From NCBI GenBank assembly GCA_045612715.1, contig JAZKZP010000093.1, positions 922 to 64,921 of the forward strand: a stretch of 64,000 nt of DNA, read 5' to 3'. The translations under genes were made by a program, and so were the position numbers. Shown piece by piece: positions 27,500 through 35,350 of the stretch. The stretch's first letter is position 1; the number at the start of each line of letters is the position of its first letter. The notes below the pieces were generated by a model that saw nothing but the letters and a program-made list of their open reading frames with translations, did not search any database and had not been told where the DNA came from. Origin of the DNA: Eubacteriales bacterium. GTDB lineage: Bacteria > Bacillota > Clostridia > Oscillospirales > CAG-272.

Positions 27500-28669
27500 A
27501 TGAAAATTGGTATAATTGACGCTGATATTTTGGGAAGAAATAAGCATAGATTTCCTAATTTGGCATGCGAAAAAATATCTGGATATTGGAAAGATAGGGG
27601 TGCGGAAGTGCACTTGCTTCAAGATTACAATTGGGATGATTCTTATGATCATATATTTATCTCCAAAGTGTTCACAGATACACCTGTTCCAGAATGGTTG
27701 CAGGAGACAGAAAAAGTGCATATAGGTGGTACAGGTTTTTATTTTGATAAGGCTCCTAATCTACCAGATGAGATAGAACATCATATGCCTGATTATCATC
27801 TTTATGATGAATGGATTGAAAATGAAGTTGCTAAAGCAAGAGTAGCTAGAGGAGAATCCTTTAATGAAAGGTACTTTAGGTCTCAATTTAAGGAATATAC
27901 AGATTACAGTATAGGATTTTTGACCAGAGGATGTTTTAGGAAATGTAAATTCTGTGTCAATCAGAAATATAGTCATGTATTCAAACATAGTCCTTTGGAA
28001 GAATTTTATGATGAAACAAGACCTAAGATATGCTTTCTTGACGATAATTTTTTGGGATGTCCTAAGTGGAAAGAAATGCTTCAAGAAGCTATAGATACTG
28101 GTAAGCCTTTTAAATTCAAACAAGGATTAGATGAAAGAATTTTAACTAATGAAAAATGTGAAATGCTTTTTTCTGCTAAATATGATGGCGATTATACATT
28201 TGCGTTTGACAATGTATCGGATTATGATTTGATACACGAACAGTTAAAACGAATTCGCAAATATACTCGTTCAACGAGTGTTAAATTTTATGTTCTTGTT
28301 GGATTTGAAAGTACAGACGAAAAAGATATCGAAAATGCGTTTAAGCGGTTGGAATTATTGATGCAATATAAATGTTTGCCATATATAATGCGATATCAAA
28401 ACAAGAATTATTCACCGTGGAAAGAATCTGAATACCGAGGAATGTATGTAGCTCTTGCAAGATGGGGAAATCAACCTAATATTTTTAAAAAAATGAGTTT
28501 TAGACAGTTTTGTGAAGCAAATCAAGCTTTACATAAAACACAAAACACATTATGTTCGTCTATGTCAGCTATGATTAACTTTGAATCAAAGTATCCGCAT
28601 ATTGCAAGTAAATATTTTGATTTGAGATATGACGATTTTGATGTGCAAGGAGACAAATCAAATGGATGA
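27500..28669 (+). CDS. Radical SAM enzyme with an N-terminal B12-binding-domain-like Rossmann module
   Basis: CxxxCxxC cluster in GFLTRGCFRKCKFCVNQ. The N-domain is MKIGIIDADI...PNLACEKISGYWKDRGAEVHLL. ATG at 27500 with a GGAGAAG Shine-Dalgarno is preferred over 27437. Confidence 0.75.
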   Translation: MKIGIIDADILGRNKHRFPNLACEKISGYWKDRGAEVHLLQDYNWDDSYDHIFISKVFTDTPVPEWLQETEKVHIGGTGFYFDKAPNLPDEIEHHMPDYHLYDEWIENEVAKARVARGESFNERYFRSQFKEYTDYSIGFLTRGCFRKCKFCVNQKYSHVFKHSPLEEFYDETRPKICFLDDNFLGCPKWKEMLQEAIDTGKPFKFKQGLDERILTNEKCEMLFSAKYDGDYTFAFDNVSDYDLIHEQLKRIRKYTRSTSVKFYVLVGFESTDEKDIENAFKRLELLMQYKCLPYIMRYQNKNYSPWKESEYRGMYVALARWGNQPNIFKKMSFRQFCEANQALHKTQNTLCSSMSAMINFESKYPHIASKYFDLRYDDFDVQGDKSNG

Positions 28670-29345
28670 TATTATTAAAAAGCAAATAGAAGATTTCTTT
28701 ATGTATCGTGAGGATAAGAGACTCCAGACAATGATGATTGCGGGATATAGTTGTGATCTTCAACTAGAAACCACGCAATACATTCAAAATATCGTGAGTA
28801 TACCTGTAGAAGCTATTGTTGAGTACATTGTTTCATTGAAAAGAGAGCCCATTAATGCTGCAGATGTATTTCAGTTTAGTGATTTTGATGATGCTACTAC
28901 CAACCTTTGTTCAATGATTAAATGCGATTCGAATAGAGGATTGAACTACTTGGATACTGGTAAGTTATTGTTAGGTGATAAAATTCAGCGTAAAGATGGT
29001 GCATATAGAAAATATGGAGAAAATCATATAAAGATGGCTTCGTCCATAGGATTAGCGTTTAAAATCAATGACGTTTTTTATCTGTCTCCTTTAGGTTGTG
29101 CATATGATGAATTAGATGTAAAAACAACTGACAAATTACTACTTAGATTGTTATTAAGAAATAAACTTATTAGTCAATTATTATCCGAAGCTTCTAAGAA
29201 ATCTTTTGATATGGAAGCATTCTTATATGATCTTTCAAAAAGTACTTATATTAGACGCAAAACAAATATCAAGTACGTAATTTCAATTATCAATAAATCC
29301 ACAGAATATGATTTTTTACCAATTACTCAAAACATTATATATTAA
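28662..29345 (+). CDS. Hypothetical protein (227 aa), translationally coupled to the radical SAM gene
   Basis: The ATG at 28662 lies 8 nt before the upstream TGA (28667-28669). I recognise no motif. Confidence 0.55.
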   Translation: MDDIIKKQIEDFFMYREDKRLQTMMIAGYSCDLQLETTQYIQNIVSIPVEAIVEYIVSLKREPINAADVFQFSDFDDATTNLCSMIKCDSNRGLNYLDTGKLLLGDKIQRKDGAYRKYGENHIKMASSIGLAFKINDVFYLSPLGCAYDELDVKTTDKLLLRLLLRNKLISQLLSEASKKSFDMEAFLYDLSKSTYIRRKTNIKYVISIINKSTEYDFLPITQNIIY

Positions 29346-29360
29346 AAAGAGAGGGAAGTT

Positions 29361-31391
29361 ATGGCTTTTGGAATATCTGAAAATACAACAAGTTACTTTA
29401 TTAATAACAAGATAGACCTTCCTCGTTTTCAGAGAAAGGCTACTTGGAAAGACGATGACAACTTCAAATTGTGCATAAGCGTTTTTAAAGGCTATCCTAT
29501 AGGAGTGGTTATTGTAAATGAAACGGGTACAAAAAAATTTTTGCTTGATGGGCGTCAAAGACGTAATGCATTAATCAAGATGTATGATGATCCTGTCGAG
29601 GTATATAAATGGGCTACTAAGTTCATTGGTATTAAAGGTAATATGCTTGAAGAAGAAGTTAAAGATCGCTTCTCCGAAAAAATAAGCGAATATTTGCAAT
29701 CAGAATTTAATAAATCAACCGAAGAAATTAGCGAAAGCGAAGAAAATGATGTTGATGTCGATGATGAAGCTGGTAAGAGTTTCGATGCTGAATTGCAAAG
29801 TGAAAATATGCACGCTTTGTTGGATTTGATCTTGTTGGTACATGGACGCTATAGTCAAACTAATAAGTTTGCAGGTATCTTTAAATTTAATAAGATTATT
29901 CCTATAGACGATTTGGAATATTCAATGTACTCTTCTGCTAATGGAGAGCATATTATTAATCATACTAAGCTTAAAAAATTTATTAAGAGTCGTATTGATA
30001 ATGATGAGATTGAAAAAGATCAATTTTTTGCATATTTAACTAAGCGTCATAGATTAAGTGCTCAGGATTCGCAAAAACTTGATAACTATTTAACTTCACA
30101 TTGGGATTATTTTGAAAAATGCTTTGAAACAATAAGAAAAACTGATGAAATCATAATTAATGCACGTATTGGATTGATAAGATTGATAGATGCCTCACCT
30201 TTAGATGCTCAAAACATCTTTTCTTTAGTAAATGGAGGTGGAGCTCCTCTAACTGCTGAAGAGTTGTTATCTGCTAGACCTTTTTGGAATATGGAAATAC
30301 AGAGCCCTACAGATGAAGTTCGTTCATCAGCGGAAGATTTATATAAGTTTTTGCAAATAAGTGTCCCTTCAAATGTAGTAAGATGGGATGTGTGTGCTAC
30401 GTTGCTTTCGAGAATTGATAAGTCTAATTTGGTGTTTTCTAAGATTGACTTAATGGATCCCAAGACCACTCAATCTCTATTTACTAAAAAGCTTACACTT
30501 GGATTTAAATTGCTTAGTGCTGTATACGTGGGCGGCATTAATAGCAATTCCGTAAAAGATTTGGAAAATGATAAGAAGTCTAAAATTGATTGGAATAAAG
30601 ATGTAGAAACGTTTATCAAAAAATTTAATATTGCAATGGATATGTTATATGATTGCGATTATTTCAAGTATTTGATGTCTTGGAAACAATCAATAATGTC
30701 TCTGATGGGTAACTCTGTATCATTGGAATTTGCTACATTAATATATAAAAAATGGATTGAGCTTGGAGAACCTACAAAAGGAAGTCCTATTAAATTGAAA
30801 GAATTCCAAAAATGTGCAGTTATACTATGCGATCGCTTGTTATTTGAATATAGTAGTCGTTTGTGGGCTGGATCTGCTGACTCTCGCCTTGCAAGAGATC
30901 TTATTTCAATTAATGAGAGATTCAAACCTGTATCTTTTGAGGAGTGGGAAGATATAATTGATAAGTTTGCTACTGGTCAAAATTCAAAAGTTGATAAGGG
31001 TATAATTTATCATTATTATTGTCTTAAAAAGATGCGCCCATCCTTTGATGGTGTTGGAGCAACTGCTACGTATGAAATAGACCATATTTATCCACAAGCA
31101 CGTTTTGCTAATGCTGTTACAATAGATCCTATGCTTATGGAAAGCCTAGGCAATAAAGCGGTTTTACCTAAGTTAGATAATATCAGTAAGAGTGACAAGA
31201 CACTTAAGGAATTGAGAGATAATGATTGGTTATTTAGTGAGGTTTTGCGTGTAACTGAAATTAAAGATACCGATGTTGATATGTACTCTGATATTGTCAA
31301 TATCGAGAAGTTAATAGATTACAGAATCAGCGATTATAAAAATGTATTTAAAAATGTTAGAGACTCGTTCTTAAATAGCCCTAATGTATAA
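29361..31391 (+). CDS. GmrSD-family nuclease (N-terminal DUF262, C-terminal DUF1524 His-Me finger)
   Basis: DUF262 motifs DLPRFQRKATW and LLDGRQRRNAL are present. The C-terminal motif is YEIDHIYPQARF...LGNKAVLPKLDNISKSDK. The 676-aa length is typical of GmrSD/SspE/BrxU-type enzymes. Confidence 0.85.
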   Translation: MAFGISENTTSYFINNKIDLPRFQRKATWKDDDNFKLCISVFKGYPIGVVIVNETGTKKFLLDGRQRRNALIKMYDDPVEVYKWATKFIGIKGNMLEEEVKDRFSEKISEYLQSEFNKSTEEISESEENDVDVDDEAGKSFDAELQSENMHALLDLILLVHGRYSQTNKFAGIFKFNKIIPIDDLEYSMYSSANGEHIINHTKLKKFIKSRIDNDEIEKDQFFAYLTKRHRLSAQDSQKLDNYLTSHWDYFEKCFETIRKTDEIIINARIGLIRLIDASPLDAQNIFSLVNGGGAPLTAEELLSARPFWNMEIQSPTDEVRSSAEDLYKFLQISVPSNVVRWDVCATLLSRIDKSNLVFSKIDLMDPKTTQSLFTKKLTLGFKLLSAVYVGGINSNSVKDLENDKKSKIDWNKDVETFIKKFNIAMDMLYDCDYFKYLMSWKQSIMSLMGNSVSLEFATLIYKKWIELGEPTKGSPIKLKEFQKCAVILCDRLLFEYSSRLWAGSADSRLARDLISINERFKPVSFEEWEDIIDKFATGQNSKVDKGIIYHYYCLKKMRPSFDGVGATATYEIDHIYPQARFANAVTIDPMLMESLGNKAVLPKLDNISKSDKTLKELRDNDWLFSEVLRVTEIKDTDVDMYSDIVNIEKLIDYRISDYKNVFKNVRDSFLNSPNV

Positions 31392-31398
31392 TTTATAT

Positions 31399-31434
31399 AC
31401 CCCAAGCGTTAATGCTTGGGGTATTGCTTTTTTG
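31399..31434 (+). terminator. Terminator after the GmrSD-family gene
   Basis: Stem accccaagc/gcttggggt followed by a T-rich run. It overlaps the last codons of the convergent small ORF. Confidence 0.55.
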
Positions 31435-31591
31435 CTTGTTTTAGATAATCTGTAGAGTGAGAATTTAAATATGCTACAATATCATAGAGTTTATATTTTA
31501 TTGCGGTTATTTGTATTTTATTCAAATCCAACATATCTATGTTATTTTGAAAACATAGATTTTGAATTTTTTCGAATATCTCGTTATTCAT
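31409..31591 (-). CDS. Hypothetical small protein (60 aa)
   Basis: ORF trimmed to MNNEIFEKIQ..., which is preceded by a GGGAGG Shine-Dalgarno. No motif recognised. Confidence 0.4.
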   Translation of the reverse strand: MNNEIFEKIQNLCFQNNIDMLDLNKIQITAIKYKLYDIVAYLNSHSTDYLKQAKKQYPKH

Positions 31592-31813
31592 AATGCCTCC
31601 CGATTTATTACTAGTATTAGATTTACCCAAGTTTAAAAGAAAATATGTTTGGACTATTGAAAAAACAAGACAATTATGTTACAATTAACGTGGATGTTGC
31701 CCCATTAATAGTATCATAACTGTAAACAGTATCAAATTAAACAGTTAATTGTTGACTTAAACAATATTATTCAAATTATAGTAAAAATATTTTTATTTTA
31801 AAGGAGAATAAGT

Positions 31814-32182
31814 ATGAACACAATTAATTGCTTTAATATCATTAACCGTGTGCCCGAAGGTACACATACTTACTATGACAAAAGACACCATATATTTGTA
31901 ACTCGTTCGAGTGATAATTACGAAAGTCGTAATATTATATTGGCGCCTTGTAGTTATTATATGAAAAGCCAAATATGGCAAGAGTTTTACTCTCTTCTTA
32001 CTGAAGAGCAGTATGAACTTGCTAAGTCTTATCCTTATCGTAAGGGATTCTTTGATTATCTTAAGGAAATAGGTTTGTATGAAACATATCGTCAAGCCGA
32101 AGAAAATGTGGAACTTAAAGAATTGACTGCTTGGCTCATTAAAAATGACATAGACTTAGTCTATGCTCTACAGAATAGTTGA
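31814..32182 (+). CDS. Hypothetical protein (122 aa)
   Basis: A strong AAAGGAGA Shine-Dalgarno lies 6 nt upstream. Two hairpin terminators follow at 32236-32268 and 32279-32322. Confidence 0.5.
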   Translation: MNTINCFNIINRVPEGTHTYYDKRHHIFVTRSSDNYESRNIILAPCSYYMKSQIWQEFYSLLTEEQYELAKSYPYRKGFFDYLKEIGLYETYRQAEENVELKELTAWLIKNDIDLVYALQNS

Positions 32183-32366
32183 TTTAGCAAATACGCTAAT
32201 TAACTTAATTTAATTATAATAAGGGCAATATCTAAGAACAGGCTTTACATGGAGTCTGTTCTTTTTTATTATTAAAACTAAACAAGCGGTGCCTTTGGCT
32301 ACCGCTTGTTTAGTCTCTATTATTTTGTTTTACCTTAGAGTATTTTTAATGCAAAAAAGGGCAAGG

Positions 32367-32660
32367 CTAGGATTTCCTAGCCCAAAGCGGTCATGCGATG
32401 CTTTTATCGACTCTTGATAGGGGTAGAAGATGTGAAGCAAATTTCAATAACCGTTATGTACTAGGAAATCCTCAACAAAAGGGGCATATGGCGATTTTAC
32501 CGACTCTTTATATGGGTAGAACAGTTAAATTCATTGAAAAATAGATGGAATTTAGTCTTTCCTTGACAAAACGGTCATATAGCCGTTTTGCCGACTCTTT
32601 ATATAGCAAGAAGGTTCAAATTCATCAATTTATGGTTTTCCTAGCCAAAACAAACAGAAC
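32367..32660. repeat. Three degenerate tandem units of about 94 bp at the right end of island C
   Basis: The units start at 32367, 32461 and 32558. Each contains ctaggaWWtcct...ggtcat..g..ttt..cgactctt.ata..g.tagaa. A partial fourth start (ttttcctagcc) is at 32636. Confidence 0.7.
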
Positions 32661-32698
32661 ACCGACATAGCCAGTAAAGCTTGACTAAGTCGGTGTTC
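32645..32698 (-). terminator. Rho-independent terminator of ssrA
   Basis: Stem gaacaccgac/gtcggtgttc followed on the minus strand by TGTTTGTTTT, about 30 nt downstream of the tmRNA CCA end. Confidence 0.6.
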
Positions 32699-32729
32699 TT
32701 TGTAATTTCCCTCGCTACGAGAGATTGAA

Positions 32730-33123
32730 TGGTGGACCCGAGGGGAATCGAACCCCTGTCCGAAAATCTCTTGATATGACCTTCTCCGTGGGCAGTCAGT
32801 TTTTATTATTTCCCACTATGCGTCGCCAACTGACAGGCAACACACAGTCCGTAGCACCTTTCTGCTTGATCGGTTCAGGTGCGACCACCGATGCAAGTTC
32901 ACCACTACGATGACGCTCAGTCCGCAGTCGTGGTCCTCTGCGGAGGAACGGGTGACCCGCAGGTCACAGCACTGCTAATTGAAGCGCCCGAAGGGCGCAT
33001 CAATTAAGCAGCCATTGCAACGTAATTGTTGTCGTTTAATTTTAAAATTGAGCAGTTATCGGGATTACTCAGCCCGCCACGCTTATCATACCTCAAAATC
33101 CCCGTCGAAACCATTACGAGCCC
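32730..33123 (-). ncRNA. ssrA: Transfer-messenger RNA (tmRNA, 394 nt)
   Basis: The reverse strand reads GGGCTCGTAATGGTTTCGACGGGG...GGGGTTCGATTCCCCTCGGGTCCACCA. The acceptor stem GGGCTCG/CGGGTCC has the G3:U70 pair. A T-arm and encoded CCA are present. The tag frame ends GAC AAC AAT TAC GTT GCA ATG GCT GCT TAA (..DNNYVAMAA*) at about 33004-33033. Confidence 0.92.
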
Positions 33124-33241
33124 GTGTATGATGCCTTATTATACACTATTTTATGCAAATAATCAATAGATTTTTGTCAAAAACAAATTTTTCTTGCTAT
33201 TTTAATAAAAATATGTTATGATATTTTAAAGAGGTGATTTT

Positions 33242-33475
33242 ATGTTTTTAGATATATTCAAAAAGAAGCCTAAAAAGTCAGCTTGGCCTGAAGAAGCCAA
33301 GTACAAGCCGAGAGATTTCGTTCGTTTTCGTCACCGTGGGGAACTTCATTTTGGCTTTGTTCACGAGGCGCGAGTTGAAAATGGCGAAGTAATATACACT
33401 TTACAAATGGGTGGCGAATGTCCTACTTTCGTCTATAACTATAAAGAAGAAAATATTGTTGGAAAGGTGAACTAA
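33242..33475 (+). CDS. Hypothetical small protein (77 aa)
   Basis: AAGAGGTGA Shine-Dalgarno. The stop is 1 nt before the next gene's start. No motif recognised. Confidence 0.5.
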   Translation: MFLDIFKKKPKKSAWPEEAKYKPRDFVRFRHRGELHFGFVHEARVENGEVIYTLQMGGECPTFVYNYKEENIVGKVN

Positions 33476-33476
33476 T

Positions 33477-35270
33477 ATGAAGAAAACTGTTTTATTAATT
33501 CTCGTTTTGTCAATGCTTTTGTCATTGGCATCTTGCTTTGACATCCCAGCTACAACATCATCGACAACTAAAAAATCAACAACCACATCAACAACCACAT
33601 CAAGTACCACAAGCAATAGTGGTGGCGAAAATATTGATCCTGATATAGTACAGTTTGTGAAAGATATCAAGGCTATTAATGAACAAATTGTTGTTACAAT
33701 AGATGGTGCATACAGTGACGAATATGAGGTCTATTATAAAAAAACAACTGACGATGAGTATATTAAACTTGATAGCAATTTGATGTTGGAGAAGGACGGT
33801 ATTATTACCGCATATATTCTTGGTATTAGTGCCGGTGTATATACAGTTGAGGTAAAAGCACTTGGACTTGGCTCTAATGTTGCCGAAAACCTCTCTGTTT
33901 CTGCCCAAGATAGAAGCGGTTACGCTCATTTCGGTGCAACTGAAGGGGTTGGCGCATACAACAATGACGGAACTGTTAAAGATGGAACAAAGATTATTTA
34001 CGTTACCAACGAAAACAAGAATACTGTTACTTGCGAAATCAACGGCGAAATCTATACAGGTCTTGTAAACATCCTTCAGGCACAATACAAATCAAGCACA
34101 CCTATGCTCGTTCGTATAATTGGTAAGATTACAACTAACCAATGGAATTATAAAAATGTTGAGCCTAGACTTTCCGACGGTTCAAACGCAACCGACGATT
34201 TCTTTGAAAATACGTTTTCAAATGAATACGGAGAAAACCTTGCTAACCTCATCGTTAAGATGAAGGGCAACGGCGGTGGAGCTAAGACATATAACTATAG
34301 AACGACTCCCGAAGGACTTACAGAGGTAAGACTTACGAATAGCGGCTCAAGTACAACAAGCTACAAGGGAAGTGATTTCCCCTCTCTTAAGGGAGCAAGC
34401 GTTTTTGATGACGACTCCTATTACAATATGCTTGAGGTTAAGGGTTCAAAGAATATTACTATCGAGGGTGTTGGTCCTGACGCAGAAATCTTCCAATTCG
34501 GTATCGGATTTGAAGAAAGCAGCAGCATTGAAATTAAGAACTTGACCTTTACAGACTACCCCGAGGACGCCCTCAACTTCCTTGGTGGTGATAGAGCGGA
34601 TCTTGCAAATCACAGTAGATATTGGGTACATAACTGCACATTCAATCGTGGATATAATGCGTGGGATATTTCAGGCGAACGTGATAAATACGCGGGAGAT
34701 GGAACAGTTGACTTTAATAACGTTTCAAATCTCACACTCGCATATAACTATTTCAATCATCCCAAGAAAACAATGCTTTTCGGAAGCTCCGATTCACAGG
34801 GATGTATGAATATGACAATGCATCACAACTATTTCTATAAAGTTGAATCAAGAATTCCCTTGGGTAGAAACGTTAATATTCACTCATATAATAACTATTT
34901 TGACGGATGTGGAAACTGCCACGATTTGAGAAAGAGCTCCTATATTTTCAGTGAAGCAAACTACTTCAAATCATCAAGCAAGCCGTTCATTTTGAATTCA
35001 AGCTATGCAAAATCATTCGGTGATATTTTTGAATCATCGGGATCTGTAACTGCCAAAATTGTTACAAGCAGAACGGAGAAGATTACTTGCTCCTGCAAGC
35101 CCGACGGCTCAACCAATATGGCACATTTTGATATAAACAGTACGCTGTTCTATTATGACAGTGTAAATCAAAAGAGTGACGTAAGTATTATGCTTGATGC
35201 AAAGGACGTGCCCGAATTTGTTTTGAAGCACGCTGGTGCAGGCAAGCTTGAATCCTTGAACATTGAATAA
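33477..35270 (+). CDS. Secreted pectate lyase (PL1-like) lipoprotein
   Basis: Signal peptide plus lipobox (LLSLASC) and an S/T-rich linker. Parallel beta-helix motifs are present: WVHNCTFNRG, DGTVDF, NLTLAYNYFNHPKKTMLFGSSDS and MHHNYFYKVESRIPLGR..NIHSYNNYF. Confidence 0.8.
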   Translation: MKKTVLLILVLSMLLSLASCFDIPATTSSTTKKSTTTSTTTSSTTSNSGGENIDPDIVQFVKDIKAINEQIVVTIDGAYSDEYEVYYKKTTDDEYIKLDSNLMLEKDGIITAYILGISAGVYTVEVKALGLGSNVAENLSVSAQDRSGYAHFGATEGVGAYNNDGTVKDGTKIIYVTNENKNTVTCEINGEIYTGLVNILQAQYKSSTPMLVRIIGKITTNQWNYKNVEPRLSDGSNATDDFFENTFSNEYGENLANLIVKMKGNGGGAKTYNYRTTPEGLTEVRLTNSGSSTTSYKGSDFPSLKGASVFDDDSYYNMLEVKGSKNITIEGVGPDAEIFQFGIGFEESSSIEIKNLTFTDYPEDALNFLGGDRADLANHSRYWVHNCTFNRGYNAWDISGERDKYAGDGTVDFNNVSNLTLAYNYFNHPKKTMLFGSSDSQGCMNMTMHHNYFYKVESRIPLGRNVNIHSYNNYFDGCGNCHDLRKSSYIFSEANYFKSSSKPFILNSSYAKSFGDIFESSGSVTAKIVTSRTEKITCSCKPDGSTNMAHFDINSTLFYYDSVNQKSDVSIMLDAKDVPEFVLKHAGAGKLESLNIE

Positions 35271-35350
35271 CAAATTAACGGGAAAATACCTTGTATTTTC
35301 CCGTTTTTTGTGATATAATAATTATAGAAAATATGAAGGGGGTGCTAAAA

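Larger units (their letters stand above)
16395..32741. mobile_element. Island C: about 16.3-kb integrative element in the ssrA 3' end with two large serine recombinases
   Basis: It is bounded by 50-bp direct repeats (16357-16406 and 32692-32741). It is visibly more AT-rich than the flanks. It encodes 2 LSRs, a DUF927 helicase, DUF1643, DUF3846, Xis-like and XRE regulators and defence-like cargo. No phage structural genes are present. Confidence 0.75.

Noticed and set aside
27500-28669. Radical-SAM gene as a prokaryotic viperin
   Set aside because: The CxxxCxxC motif sits at about residue 165, behind a Rossmann/B12-domain-like N-terminus. Viperins are shorter, with the cluster near the N-terminus. 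No adjacent nucleotide kinase is present. This rests on architecture only and needs a profile search.
29361-31391. Type I/II/III restriction-modification system
   Set aside because: No DNA methyltransferase, specificity subunit or helicase partner is recognisable in the island. The nuclease architecture is type IV/GmrSD-like.
16395-32741. Island C as a prophage
   Set aside because: No terminase, portal, capsid, tail or lysis genes are recognisable. The content fits an integrative (possibly replicative) island instead.
32725-32913. 62-aa plus-strand ORF from the track
   Set aside because: It lies entirely antisense within the tmRNA gene, has no Shine-Dalgarno, and is explained by the RNA gene.
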